Part shown: in pieces, positions 25,902-39,220 of the stretch
Layout of the letters: each line of letters starts with the position of its first letter
Position numbering within the stretch: the first letter of the stretch is position 1
Assembly (NCBI RefSeq): GCF_036321535.1
Contig: NC_087436.1
Location: forward strand, 45,820,001-45,884,000
DNA length: 64,000 nt
Direction: 5' to 3'
Source: Camelus dromedarius
Lineage: Eukaryota
Program-made: the position numbers and the translations under genes
The notes under the pieces: generated by a model
What the model saw: the letters and a program-made list of their open reading frames with translations, nothing else
Databases searched by the model: none
What the model was told of the DNA's origin: nothing

Positions 25902-28900
25902 AAATTAATTCTTGTATATATTTTACAAAGGCAAATAATACCATAAGGCTTAAAACCATGGTGGTATTAAAAATATTTAACAATTGGTTGGGCATAGATA
26001 TTGGTCACAGTTAGATAAGATCACTAGCCAATTATCCTTGCCTGTAATGTAAAATACACCATCTCACTCTTGCTTCTATCTATTTTTTTAGCCACTCCAT
26101 CTTCTTCAGAAGTAGTAGATGCCCCAATTCCTAAGCTTTTATGGGGTTCTCTGGGGGTGAATTTGCTTTATTCTTCTGGACTTCCCTCATTTGGCTTGGG
26201 TTACCATTCTCTCTAGTCTGCTAAATCTATTACCATCAGAATGTCTGCTTTCCAGCTTCCAACATTTTGATAACATCTCTAGTCTGTAATCCTTTCCACA
26301 TTCTCTTTGGCCTTATTGGCCATGCCTTTTTAAAAAATTCTTTTATTCTTATCTTAATGGGGCTTGGAGAGGAAGCAGAAATTTTTTTAAAGCCTGTGTT
26401 TAGTCTCCATGTCTAAGCACAAGACCAGTCAAAAGAGTTAACTATACTTCTGTTTCCATTTTTTCACTTCCATTCTGGCCTCAACTCACCAAAGTCTGGT
26501 TTCTGCCTCTGACATTCATCTAAAACTACTTCTTCAAAGGATCCCAGTGACCTTTGTTCATCAAATTCAGTGACCTTTTTTTTAGCCTTCATCCTCTGAA
26601 GCTCTTTGCAGCATTAGACACATGAGCAACACCACTCTGGCTGAAAAGCTAAGTCTCTCTTGCTTGTTCCACATCTTCAGCTCCTAAAATGTAAAATTCT
26701 CCTCTGTTCTGCCTTGTTGGGTTTTTTTTTGGGGGGGGGGGGTTCACCATTCATTCAATGAATAACACCAGGCCCACCAGACCCCTGAAGTGAGTCCGAG
26801 CTGGGAGGAAGCTGTCACCTGGAGTGAAGGTCAGAATCTAAGTGATTGAACAGGACTGGACACTGTAATTGCTGTTACATGACTGTTCCTGGGACCAAAA
26901 GTCTTAATTTTTTGTTTTTGCTTTAATCTAAGTGTGCCTGAAAAGTTAATGACATTTCCCCAGTTTTTATCTAAAGATCAAGGAAAAATGACACCTCAGA
27001 AAGGGATCAAGGTGGGAAAGAATCAAGTTGTTTTCTGCTTGCACCCAATTAGAATATCACTCTTTCAAGAGAAAGGTGGTATGTAAAAGGGTGACAATCC
27101 AAGATGTCAGGGCACTTTAACTTTGTCAGTGGAAGATACAGGAGCTAAGAAGTTACAAAATTTTCGGCTCTAATAAGTGCTACAAAAGAGGCACATGAAA
27201 CTATGAAAAGTATGTAACTGGTGTATTTCATTCTAGATTAGTGTGTAGCTAGTGTAGTTAATGACGAATGTGTCAAATTTCCTTGTTTCTATGGCTATTT
27301 AATAAAGTTTACTGAAAAGCATGTTGGATAGAATGAATTTCACAGCTTTCACAGATTTGTATGTGGTTTTTTATTGACTGATTTTTATTTGTCTTCATCA
27401 CAGCACTTAGAGATTGTTCAATTCATTTCTGCCCTAGCTTACTGTTACTACAGCTAGAGGTCCCTGAGAAGAGATAGGGGTTCTTATTGCTGGGGGGGGT
27501 CTAGGGAAACTGGAAGAAAGGACGCCCATCCTCCAAAGGGAGTGTCTAGGGGATAGAGAGAGAGCATTGGCTTTCCACAACTGGCTTTTCACCCAACTGG
27601 CCTGTTCCCAGCCCTCATTGTATTTCCTCTGGATTCCTGCAGGTCTAATTGGCCTCCTGCCTGCCTAACGGTCTGATCTGATCTCTAGAAAGATCTTCCT
27701 TAAATGCAAATTTGCTTCCCTGCTTACAGTCTCTCAGTGGCTCCCTTCAGACCTTCTCCCTTACCCCCACCACCACCTTCTTACTCTGTTCTCCAGCCTC
27801 AAACGTACTCTTCTTGCTGTTCTCCTTCCCGCGGTCCTACCTGGAGTGCCCACCCCCCAACCCCTGCCAGCTGACGACTCCTCAGTGGTCTCAGAAAAGC
27901 CATCAGCTCTACCCAGACTCCTCTTCATGGAGATGTTCCCAAGCATCCTAGGCAGGCCAGGGACCCAGAACACTGTCCTAAAGGCATCCCTGGCCCATTT
28001 GTACCAGTGAAGTCATCAGGCTTGGCTGTCTCTCTTCTGGTCGTTGTGCTCCTTAGGCAGGGACTTTTCTTCCTCTGATCCTAGCCTTAGGCTATTCCCT
28101 GGCACACAATGGTGCTTACTAACTCATTCACTGAATTAACTGATAACTGGGCTAATGATCTGTCTTCCAAGCTTCAGTCACACGTTTCCTTCTACAGAAT
28201 ATCTCCAGAGGCACATCCTTCAGTTGCCTCAGAATCAACGGGTCCGAAACCAAACTCCTAATGCTCTACCTTACCTTAATATCTGTATTGATTAATGGCA
28301 TTGTGCACCCTTACAGTCATGCAGCCTCAAAACCTAAAACCACTGTCAACTCCTACGTGTGTTAAATTGTCCAATCCTAATTGCTTTTTCTCCTAACTAC
28401 TTTTTCTTGGTCCTTCCAAATCGTTCTCTTGCTCCACTCCTGCTGCCTTTCTCCCGTTTCCTGATCAGTGACCACCCCATTGGAAGCACACACAAGCCTG
28501 TATGACCATCGGTTGGGACTGCTCACGTTCCTCTGCTAGCACCTTCCTTGACTTGCTCAAATGCTCCATCCTCCATGAAGCCTTTTAAAATGCCCCTGGA
28601 AAGACTTACTGTCTCACACTCTGGTTCCCCAAGGGCACTGTGTCTTATTTGTATGATTGTTTTATCACTTGCCACCGTCTGCCTTGTGCTCCAGTTATTA
28701 TGTGTGTTTCTGTCTTATTGTCTAGATATCAGGCCCTTGGAAGGTAGAGCCCATGTCATGTTCATCTTAGCAGGATTTTTCACAGAGTAGGAATTTAGCA
28801 AATAGTTTTGCATTTTAATAGAATTAATCAATTTCATGCATCAGTTCATTCCATGAGACTGTAATTACCACCAAATTTGCAACCCCCTAACATGATTGAT

Positions 28901-29029
28901 GAGATTCTTTGATTTCCTCAAAGGCAGAATTTTATGTTGGCTTTAGGATAACAGCTGCCACTGATTTCATCCCTAGTACCTGCCAACCATTATACACGTT
29001 TTATTTCTGATCTTGCAATAACCTTGCAA

Positions 29030-29160
29030 AACAGAAGATAATATCCCCATTTACAGATGAGGAAACTCAGGTTTCGTGAAGGTAAGTAACTTGCTCAAGG
29101 CCATATAACTGTAAGTGCCCAAGTTGGGACTAGAAGCCAGGTTTGTTTGATTCTAAAAAT
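29030..29160 (-). mobile_element. MIR SINE (similar MIR fragments at about 30150-30390, 30770-30970, 44860-45070, 51740-51860 and 52395-52610)
   Basis: MIR core CCCATTTACAGATGAGGAAACT...AAGTAACTTGCTCAAGGCCA. Confidence 0.8.
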
Positions 29161-29288
29161 CACCAGACCACATCACCCTCATCTATGCAGATTAGGTGAG
29201 TCTGTTTTGTTCCTTTTCTTCACGTATTCGTCTTCAAAAAGAAGATTTTATTTTTTTGCTAAGTTAATGTTTATCTTGTGCTTTATAG

Positions 29289-29568
29289 CCCTCTTCGACA
29301 TCAGGCACATCTCAAGAGGATCTTGTGGACAAAAAGTGCTTAACTGAAAAATACACGCATCTCTCCTGTGATAAAGTCTTCTGCCAACCATGGCAGAAAT
29401 GCATCGAGGGGACCTGTACCTGTAAAATTCCTTATCAGTGCCCAAAGAATGGTACTAGGGTGTGTTCAACCAACGGGAAAAGCTACCCAACTTACTGTCA
29501 CCAAAAGAGTTTAGAATGTCTTCGTCCAGAGGCAAAGTTTTTAAAAAGTGGACCATGCACAGGTGAAG
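29289..29568 (+). CDS. CFI: CFI exon 2 (FIMAC domain)
   Basis: [45 protein letters not shown]...CTGE G|GTAGGA. 280 nt, phase 0-1. Confidence 0.95.
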
Positions 29569-31096
29569 GTAGGAAAAGCCTAGTTTACTCTATGACAGAA
29601 AGTAATTGTGTGTGATATTTCCTATTAGAAGATACTTTTCCTGTGAAATGTTATGATAACTCAAAATTCTTCCCTAGACCCTCAGGAGTAATTGGGTGAT
29701 AACTAGAGGAATTTGGGATCACCAGAATTTAGCCAGCCCTTGAGTCCAGAGCATGAGGCCCTGAGGCTGGTCTTTCCCTCAATGCCAGTGTCACTCTCTG
29801 CTGCCCAGTCCTGCAGAATTATACCCATTCTCACTTCTGCTTGGCTAAAGGGATTATTCACAAGCTATTGAGCTGGTTCAGAATCCAGCGAAAAAGGCTT
29901 TATATGAGATTGGTACTGATGTGGAATCCCTTTGGACCCCCGGTCTCCATGATTTCTTCCAGCATCCATCCCACCAGCTGCTACCCCTCTCCCGAGCCCC
30001 AGCCCCACTGGCCCTGATCCAAGGTTTGGCTCAGGCCACTGCTGACCTAGGACATATCCTAACCTAGCAAACTCAGCACATCAGATCAGAGCTTCTCAAC
30101 ACTCCATCCAGGTACCTAACATAGGGAGGAGGCTGGGACCCTCATATGTGGGTTAGTGGAGTGGTTAAGATTAAGGGTCTCACTGTCAGTCAGATTCGCT
30201 TACAAGCCCCTCCAAGCCCCACCTGGATTATTGACTAGCTATGTGACCTCTCTGGAACACAGTTTCCACATCTGTAAAACGTGAGTAATAATAGTTCCTA
30301 GCTCATAAGACTTTTGTGAAAATTAACTAAAATGATGTATATAAAGTGCTGTAAACAGGATACAGAAAGTGCTCATGAAATTTTAGCTATGACAGCACAC
30401 CTCAAGCTCATCATCTTCCACTACCAGTGGTCACAGATACTTTGTGAATTTACAGAAGAATGCTTAAAACATTCTTTGTAAGTGTACCATGACATACACC
30501 AGCACACAGTAGCCTAAATATTTTTGTGTTGCTGAGTTAAGATGTTCAGGTACTATGAACAGCAGGAAGAAAGACATCTGAGCCCATCTCTCTTACCTGT
30601 TGGAGAAGAGGAAAGCAATAGTGAAGATTATTTTGTCAACGTCAGGCTTTTGTTCTCTTGAGGCATTAAACGCCTTAAATCTATGAGAATACATAAGCCT
30701 TTCTTACATTTTCATTATTTGTTTTGCTGACTTATCCAGACTTTGGGTAAGTTCCAAATATAATAGGTTCAGATTCCTGGCTTCACCACTTGAGTGAGTG
30801 AGTAACTTCTCATGTGTAACAAATGGACAAATTTAGATTCCTCGTGTGTAAAAATGGGGATAAATACTAGCCTAATCTTCAGAGGGTTGACTTGAGGGTT
30901 TATGTTATCTTACACAGCTGAGTAGCACAGCTATTGACACATAATAAGCCCTCATAAAATGATTGCTTACCATTATTTTTCAAAATCTTCATGGTGTTCA
31001 AAGTTAATTTGAAATTATGTATTCTATTCTTTAAACGCTTTTAATCAAGAGGAGAAAATGCCTGAACATTGCTCATTCTTTGTTTTTTTATTTTAG

Positions 31097-31250
31097 GACA
31101 ATTTAGTGTTTCCTTGAAGTATGGAAAAAGAGATTCAGAGGGAGCCATTGAAGTAAAACTTGCAGACCAAGATGAGAAAATGTTTGTATGTGGAACAAGC
31201 TGGAGCATTACGGAGGCCAACGTGGCCTGCTTCTATCTTGGATTTCAACA
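31097..31250 (+). CDS. CFI: CFI exon 3 (SRCR/CD5 domain, first half)
   Basis: [15 protein letters not shown]...[18 protein letters not shown]. 154 nt, phase 1-2. Confidence 0.96.
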
Positions 31251-31499
31251 GTGAGTGCTTGTGTCACTGACTTTTCCCAGGGTTGATTTTATTGTTACAA
31301 CTATTTGTTTTTTTGATGACCCCATCTTTCGGTGCTTCAACTTCCTCAACTGTAAGGTGAGAATGTTAACAACCTGCCTTGTGTCGTTGTCATGAGGGTG
31401 AAATGTGTTCATGACTAGCACTTAGAGCTCTGCTGAGCACAGAGCACCTGGAGGTTTGCTCAGATATCTGGATGCCAGTGCTTTGCTGATCCGGACAGT

Positions 31500-33300
31500 T
31501 GCAAATATGTTCATTACTCTCTAGTTCTACTCATCTATGATTAGGTCCATTTCTTCATACCTAATATTGTTTATATATGCCTTCTCCCTTTTTTTTTGAT
31601 TGATCTTGCAGAGATTTGTCTATTTGATTAGTGTTTTTGATTTTTATATTTATAAATTGTCTCTTGTTTCTTTATTTTCAACTTTTGCTCTTATCTTTGG
31701 CCCTTTCTCTTTTCTCTATTGTTTTTTTCTAATTCCTTGAGTTAAATGCCTAACTTATCAATTTTCCATTTTCCTTATTTTCAAATATAAGCATTTAAGG
31801 TACAGATTTTCCTCTAGGTAATGCTTCATCTGCATGCCATAACCCTCCATAAGTGGGTATTTTATTTGTTTCTCAGTTCAAAATATTTTATAATTTTCAG
31901 TGTAATTTCTTCTTTGACCGATGGATAATGTAGAAGTTTTTTTTTTTTTTTTTTTTTCCTAATGAACTTGTTAGTTTGCATTTGGTTAGCTCCTTGTTAT
32001 AATTTCCTATTTAATTGCATTGTGGTGAGAGAATGTGTCCAAATGATGATAACTGTTTAAATGTTTGTTAAGATTTGCTTTGTGCTGAATATATTTTAAA
32101 TGTTTCATGTGCAGGGTTCTGTATAATAAATATGTTATCCATTAGAATAAGCAAGCTTGTTAACTTCTTTGTTCAAATATTTTCCCATTTATTTACTTAC
32201 AAGCTTTCTGTGTCTATCTTTTAAGTGTGTCCTTTATTAACAGCATATATCTATTTTTTTTAAATCCAATATGACAATAACTCTCTGAAGAGTTTAGTCC
32301 ATTTATATTGTTGTGATTATTTACACTGTTGAATTTATTTTTCCTATCTTATTTTGGGCTTATGATTTACCCTGCTTTTTCTGTGCTCCTGTTTCTTCCT
32401 TGTCCAATTTCTATTAGGTTAATAAAGCTGCTGTTGTTTTTTTAAATTATCTCCCTTTTCTTCTTCCACTTGTTTGAAAATCATATACATTCTATTTCTA
32501 TTCTTTTAATGGCTATCTTCACATTTATACCATGAATTCTTGACTTAGGCAGTCCTTGCCCTCTTCAGGAATAATTCAAAGAAAGTCATTACACTATCAA
32601 GTTTTCAGTATTTTGTTCCACCTTATATTATCCCTGAAGTTAAGTGATATCATTATGTAATAAGCCATTACCATTACTGCTGTTCGGTCAGTGCTTACCC
32701 AGATGTACCTCATTTTTACCAACTTCTTGGTTTGTTGTTTCTTCTTACGTCTCACTCCTTCATTCTGGATTCAATTTTCTTCTTCCTAAACCACATCTGC
32801 TAGTAGTTCATCAGTGAGTCTTTTATCATTAAGTTGAGCCATAGGATATTTCTGATTTTCCACCATTTCTGACCTACCTACCATGATTCAACCTAATGGC
32901 AAACTCTCTCACTCTTTGATTTTGCTCTGATGATATTTTCTATAAACTCATGGACAGAATTCTCTGATTTTAGCCAGTGGGTATTTCCCTTAATTCCATA
33001 AAAGCTCACTGAGGGCATTTATCTAGTACTTTTAGATAGTTGTAGGTTAAGAAGTCTTTCAGATTATTCACCTCTCAGATTTCCCCAAATAGCTCTCATT
33101 TGTTCTCATATTTTGATGCGGTCTGGCAGTTTCATGACTACTGTATCCGCATTATGGATCTGAAACTCTTTGTTCCCTTTAATTGCTCTCTTGTTTCCTT
33201 TCATTGTAATTTATCTGATATTTATATTGCCATTACTGCTTTATTTTTGCTTACTTTTGCCTGATGCATCTTTGCTCAACTTTTTATTTTTAAGCCATTT
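31500..33300 (-). mobile_element. Old L1 fragments, antisense
   Basis: T-rich, with TTAATTGCATTGTGGTGAGAGAAT and TTTAGTCCATTTATATT. Boundaries approximate. Confidence 0.6.
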
Positions 33301-34087
33301 TCCTCATTAACTTCTAGAGAAAAACAAGAAAGAATTGAATGTTCTGGAAGAATAGCTCAGTGTAACTCACTGTCTCTAGGATATTGGGTCATTGCGGTAG
33401 CTAGCCTCTTACCTACACAAATTCTGAACAAACTAAGAAGTCCAAGCAATGACATATAGATGTCAAAATAGCACCTTTGTACTGTCAAGACTGAATTGAG
33501 GATGTAGCTTAGTGTAAAAGCAGAATGGACGTGCTAAAATTAAACCAACTTAATCTCCCAGATCCCAGGTAATGATGGGGCCAACCAGATAAGACTTATA
33601 GCGTGGGGCAGGTGGAAAAGACCCCAAAAGGAAAAAATGGAAGTGCTGGGCTGACCTTGACTGATTTATATTTCCAAAATTCCCTGATCAAATTAATCCA
33701 CCCCCTTTCCTAGAGAAGAGAAGTTGAGGCCAAGAATGACACATCTCTGGTTGGAAAGGAATCAGGAGTCTGGAAGAAGCATTCCTCCTTAACGGGAAAC
33801 AGAGGAGAGGAAACCAATATTTGTGGGTGCTTGCCATGCCTTGAACTTTGGCCAGTCCATTTAAATGGATTGTTTTAGTTAGTCGTTACAAAACGCGGTG
33901 AGATTGTTACATTCCCTTTGTAGATATTGAAGATATTGAAGCTCAGATAATTTAATCATCTTGCCCAATCTATCACTCAAATATAGAAAATGAGAGGAAA
34001 TTACTCTAGTCCCTTACTTCCCACAGTAAGGTTATAAATGCAAAGTACTAATTTTTCTACCCTAATGTTTCATATATTTGATTGCAG

Positions 34088-34254
34088 AGGTGCTCTTTAT
34101 ACTCAAAGAAGAGATCTTGCTATAAATTCCACTGAATGTCTACACGTGCGCTGTCGGGGATTAGAGACCAGTTTGGCTGAATGTACTTTTACTAAGAGAG
34201 AAACCAGCAGTTCTGAGGGTTTGGCTGGTGTGGTGTGTTACACAGAGGATGCTG
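34088..34254 (+). CDS. CFI: CFI exon 4 (SRCR domain, second half)
   Basis: [40 protein letters not shown]...[15 protein letters not shown]. 167 nt, phase 2-1. Confidence 0.95.
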
Positions 34255-35099
34255 GTTAGTGGAGTACTTGCCTGATATTTTCCCTTCCTTCAAGGTTGTT
34301 TATTTCACCCCAAACCTATAGTAAACAAACAAATGACAGATATCCTGTTGCCAGTTGCACATGAAGGCAAAATCCTATTTTGGGTTTTAGAGCCAAAATT
34401 GGTGCTTTCCCCCTACTGTACCCTTTTGCCATTCAAATATTACTTCTATGCAGGTTCCTATTTGGGTAGTAAAGTTGCTTGACTCCCCATTGCTTCCTTG
34501 AACATCTGAATCAAAGTTGATACAGCAAACACAAATTAAACATTAGAAGAAACTCTGCATCTCCTTTGAGAGGTCCAGTCAACACACCTTCCTTTAACAA
34601 GTTGAAGTGACCACACCTGTGCCTCAGTTGCCAGGTGGTCACTGTCACTTTTCTCCTCCATCCTGACATTGGAGTATTTTAGCCATACACATAGTGTTAA
34701 AGGCCAAAGCCTATTTTGGTGCTAAAAATAAGTACTATCAATATGTAAATGGCACTGCCCAAGTAAGTCATGGGTGGGGGGTGAGACTAGTGCAGTAGCA
34801 TGAAAGGAATGGGTGAACACCAAGGGCTCCTGATTCCTGAATCCCCTCCCCCAATCTCAGCCAGTCCTCCACAATAAGTGCTGGTCTTCAGAGATTATAA
34901 AAAGGCCTGCATAAGTCAGCTTTGGCATTTCTTTTCCTTATTAACCATATATACTATGTTAATGTTACCACCAATGCATTTTATGTCATCTTTCATTTCT
35001 GCCTGACTTTTTTTTAATGTCCCCTTTATTCCAAACATGATAAAGATGTCACCCACAATTCCACAAATAAATTTCACCAAGATAATTCCTCCTTTACAG

Positions 35100-35210
35100 T
35101 TTCTCCAACAGACTCCTTTCAATGTGTGAATGGGAAATACATTCCTCAGAAGAAGGCCTGTAATGGTGTCAATGACTGTGGAGACCAGAGTGATGAGCTG
35201 TGCTGTAAAG
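35100..35210 (+). CDS. CFI: CFI exon 5 (LDLRA1)
   Basis: [50 protein letters not shown]. 111 nt, phase 1-1. Confidence 0.94.
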
Positions 35211-35311
35211 GTAGAGATGAATCCAGCCTTTAAACCCACAAATGCATTCTTCTGACTAAGAAAGTAGAAACAACTTTACCATTGAAATAAGATGCCATCT
35301 CATTCAATTTT

Positions 35312-35466
35312 TTTTAACTTTTTAAAATTTTATTTAAAAATTTGGGGGGCAGGGATAATTAGGTTTATCTATTTATTTATTACTTTTGGTGGAGGTACTG
35401 GGGATTGAACCCATGACCTCATGCATCCTAGGCACACACTCTACCACTGAACTATACCCTCCCCCC
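35312..35466 (-). mobile_element. tRNA-derived SINE (Vic-1-like), antisense
   Basis: Reverse complement reads GGGAGGGTATAGTTCAGTGG...GGGTTCAATCCCCAGTACCTCC. TSD TCATTCAATTTT at 35300-35311 and 35467-35478. Confidence 0.88.
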
Positions 35467-35491
35467 TCATTCAATTTTAAGGATGAAAAAA

Positions 35492-35612
35492 GAGGGAGGA
35501 TAAAGTTTAATGGTAGCGTGTGTTCCTAGCATGCACAAGGCCCTGAGTTCAATCCCCAGGACCTCCATTAAAAAAAATAGTAATAAAAACTTAATTACTT
35601 CCACCCCAAAGT
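35492..35612 (+). mobile_element. tRNA-derived SINE (Vic-1-like), sense
   Basis: GGGAGGATAAAGTTTAATGGTAG...GAGTTCAATCCCCAGGACCTCCATTAAAAA...TTAATTACTTCC. Confidence 0.85.
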
Positions 35613-35682
35613 AAATTAATGAATTTTTTTTAAGTACTGGAAAAAAAAAAAACAAACCTCTCTTCTGTTTATGTTTTCATAG

Positions 35683-35793
35683 GGTGCCGAGGTGAAGGTT
35701 TTTTCTGTAAATCAGGTGTTTGTATTCCAAAGCAGTATAAGTGCAATGGTGAGGTGGACTGCATTACAGGAGAAGACGAAATTGGTTGTGAAG
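35683..35793 (+). CDS. CFI: CFI exon 6 (LDLRA2)
   Basis: [51 protein letters not shown]. 111 nt, phase 1-1. Confidence 0.96.
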
Positions 35794-36164
35794 GTAATTT
35801 AAAGTTTTGTGGTTACTTTTTTCCATTATTTGATCCAGGGGTTTTAGGAGGCTTTGTAATTGTTGCCTGGATCCAGTTTGTCAATAGAGACTGTAAAATG
35901 GCAATTTTTAATTCAACATTTCTTCTGCATTTATTAACTGAATTCTATAGAGAAGAAGTATTTTGTTTCCATGAAACGCAGCTCATCATAGAAAGGCAGA
36001 ATGATATTTAATTATTTCCTAAGTGAGTTGGTGCTTTTTGCTTTTTGGTGCTCATTGGAAAACCTCCAAAGGTGAAAAATATTTACTAAGTACCTACTGT
36101 GTTCCACACAGACTGACTTCCTATCAATGCTTTCTGAAGGAAAAAAATCTCCCTAATTTATTAC

Positions 36165-37095
36165 ATTCATTCATCTACTCAATAAGTATTTATTAAGTTC
36201 TTACTATTTGTGCCAGGTCCTGCTCTAGGTGCTGGGGTTACAATAGTGAATAACATTTCAAACCCTGCCCCTTCATAGATCTTACATTCTAGTAGGGGAA
36301 GAGAGAGAATAAATAAGAGAAATAAGTAAAATATCCAGTAAAATAATAAGTACTAAGAAAAAAAAAAAAAAAACAAGAAAGGAAGGTATAAATTACCCCT
36401 CTGGAGGAGGGTAAGTTCTGAAATTTGAGATGAGGTGGCCTGGGAAGGCTCACTGGCTGAGGTTACTTTTGGGTAAAGAGCTGAAGGGAATGGTGGAACC
36501 TGCCACATGAATGTCTGCGCAAGAGTGTTCTAGGCAGAGGCAACAACCAGGGTACTGTTCCTCAGGCAGGAGCATCCCAGTGTGTTTGCAGAATAAGCAG
36601 CCAGGAGGCTAGTGTGGCTGGGGTTAGAGGTGGGGGTAGTGAAAGATAAACGACAAGCAGTAGGAGAGGCTGGAGAGGAGGTTGGGTGGGGGAGATGAGG
36701 GCAGATCAAACGAGGCCTGTTAGTGAGTGAAATGAGGACTTTGAGCAGAGGATTGACTGATCTGACTTTCATTTTAAATCAAGATAACTCTGGCTGCTGG
36801 GGAGGGAACAAGCTGTACGTGGGCGAGGGGAGAAGTAGGCGACCAGCCAGGAAGCTACTGCAATAAGATATCCAGGGAAGAGATGATAGTGACTAGGATA
36901 AGCTGGGAGGAATGGAAATGACAAGAAGCAGTCAGATCCTGGCTGTATTTGGAAACTAGAGCCAAAAAAATTTGCTGATAGACTGGATGCGCGTATGAGA
37001 ACAAACGAGCAGTCAAAGATGACTCTGGGGGTTTTGGCCTGAGAATTGAAAGGATGTTGCTGCTTTCTTCAGAGATGGGGAAGGCTGCCAGAGGA
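36165..37095 (-). mobile_element. L2 3' fragment, antisense
   Basis: Starts CATTCATTCATCTACTCAATAAGTATTTATTAAG...GTGCCAGG; contains GAGCAGTCAAAGATGACTC. Confidence 0.85.
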
Positions 37096-37784
37096 GTGGG
37101 TGTATTCATACCCACCTCACTGGTGCACCCTATCCAGTGCTGGGCTGATAAGTGTTTAACAATTGGCTTTGAAGAGGGACAAGGAATCCCTGATTTGTAT
37201 GTAGCTTTGGATAATTTCTGTGGTGTGAATTACTCCCACCATGGGTGATTTTAAGCATTGACACAGAGCACAGGTTGGTAGTGACACCACAGCCTCTTGT
37301 GTAGTGCTAAAGTCCCATGTCAGGACACTACTGAATGACTGATAACAGTTTACGGTGAATTTTTGTGCTTGTCTCACCTTCCATTCTCAAAAGTAAACAT
37401 CTTGAAAACAGAATCTATTTTTATATTCCAAATGTCCTTGGTAAAGTGCCTTCCACACAGGTGTTAAATAAATGTTGAAGATATGTATAGATAAGTTCAC
37501 TGATATTAATTATACACGTATAATTGCTTAGTATACCAAGTATTTGACTTTAAAGAAATTTTGTTTAATTTTCCATTGATACCACTTCTTAAAAAACACA
37601 CTTTTTAGGATTTCAAATTACATCATTTCTTTTGAAGAGTATAAAGAAGTTGAGCAAAATCCTTTTATGTTCGTTAAATGTAGTGAACAGAGGAGAGAAA
37701 GAAATTTCGATAAATATTTCAGGGAGGAGGACAGTAAACCATGACTTTTGCCTATGAAACTTGACAGCTTCCTTCACTCCCACT

Positions 37785-38205
37785 TTCATTGAGATGTAAT
37801 TGACATACAACACTGTACAGGTTTAAGATGTAAGCATGGACTTGACACATATACCTCAAGGTTATTACCACAATAAGTTTAGTTAATATTTGTCACCTCA
37901 TATAGTTACAAAATATTTTTTCTCTGTGATGAGAACCTTCAGGATTTGCTCTCTAAGCAACTTTCAGATATACCTCAGAGCAGCGTTAACCATAGTCCCC
38001 ATGCTGTGCATTCCATCCTCGGTACTTGTTTATCTTACAACTGCAAGTTTGTGCCTTTTGACTGCCATCACCCAATTCCCCACCCAATTCCCCACTCCCC
38101 GGTCCCTGTCTCTGGTAACCACAAATCTGACCTTTTTTTTCCTATGAGTTTGGGTTTTTTAGATTCCATATATAAGTGAGATCATACAGTATTTGTCTTT
38201 CTCAG
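37785..38205 (-). mobile_element. L1 3' end fragment (similar short ends at about 3480-3580, 12958-13055, 41780-42020 and 42350-42440)
   Basis: ATTGAGATGTAATTGACATACAACACTG...GATTCCATATATAAGTGAGATCATACAGTATTTGTCTTTC. Confidence 0.85.
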
Positions 38206-39027
38206 AAGCTCTACAGTTTGATGTCACTTCTTCAGTATAATAATACTTGGGGTTTCTTCTCTTCTTTCTCCTCCTCTTCCTTCCTCTCTCCCTCCTTCTC
38301 CTCCTCGTGATTTAAAACTCTGAAGTTTAAGATCAAAGAAGTTGTTAGTTTATCAGAAAAAAAAATCCTACTGCAAGGGAGTAACTGTAACATAAAGATT
38401 ACTTTTATTATTAATTTCTCAAATGCATATCAAAAATGCGTTTAGTCAACTGTCATTGTTACTTCACTTTATCTATCTTTAGATTGAGCTCTGCCTTGTA
38501 TTTTAGTAATGATTCTAATATTCCCCTCTCTAAGAAACAGCAAGTGAGAGCAGAGATGTAAAATAAATATATTAATATATTCATTGATCTCTCCTTTTCG
38601 GTGGACAGATCAGAATCACTAAACCAAGGGAAGTTTGGAGTATATCTTAATTTCATTTATTCCTTATTAGCTCACTTTTTATTATTATAAGTTAAAAGAG
38701 TAAATAAATTTTGTGTTATGGTATAGTAATAGTAAATTTGCCGTTGGGTATATGTTCAAATATATCTAAAATGTGAATCTCTTTTTAAAACCCAAGTTAA
38801 AATGAGTTCCTTGCTGTGGTGAAATTGTTGTGTGTTTAAATATAAGATGAAACATTTGTTAATCAGTATTAAAAATCAAAGTAAGATGGCATGCTATGGC
38901 TCCCTTTTATCTTTTTGTAAGTACTAATTTAAGTCATTATACTATCCAAAATATTATTGATTGATTTATATTTTATTTGAGTGAAAATGATCTCTTTGCT
39001 ACAGTGAGTTTTTCATTTTCTTTTTAG

Positions 39028-39051
39028 GAACTGAACATCCTGAAATTAAAG
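39028..39051 (+). CDS. CFI: CFI 24-nt linker micro-exon (GTEHPEIK)
   Basis: TTTTCTTTTTAG|GAACTGAACATCCTGAAATTAAAG|GTAAAT. Phase 1-1, open. Confidence 0.85.
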
Positions 39052-39220
39052 GTAAATCTATTTTTATAACATAAAATTTATATTATAGAATTGAAAACAA
39101 GAATAAGGCATTACAGCTTTTATGATAAATGTATAATATGTTGCTATGATAGGTATTTTTCTCAAATAAAAATTATCCTTTGCTGTGGTAAATATTTTGT
39201 TTTGGGTTTTGTTTTTTCAG

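Noticed and set aside
37684..37735. Purine-rich candidate micro-exon in CFI intron 6
   Set aside because: The CAG acceptor gives an in-frame TAA, and the TAG acceptor has no phase-compatible GT donor.
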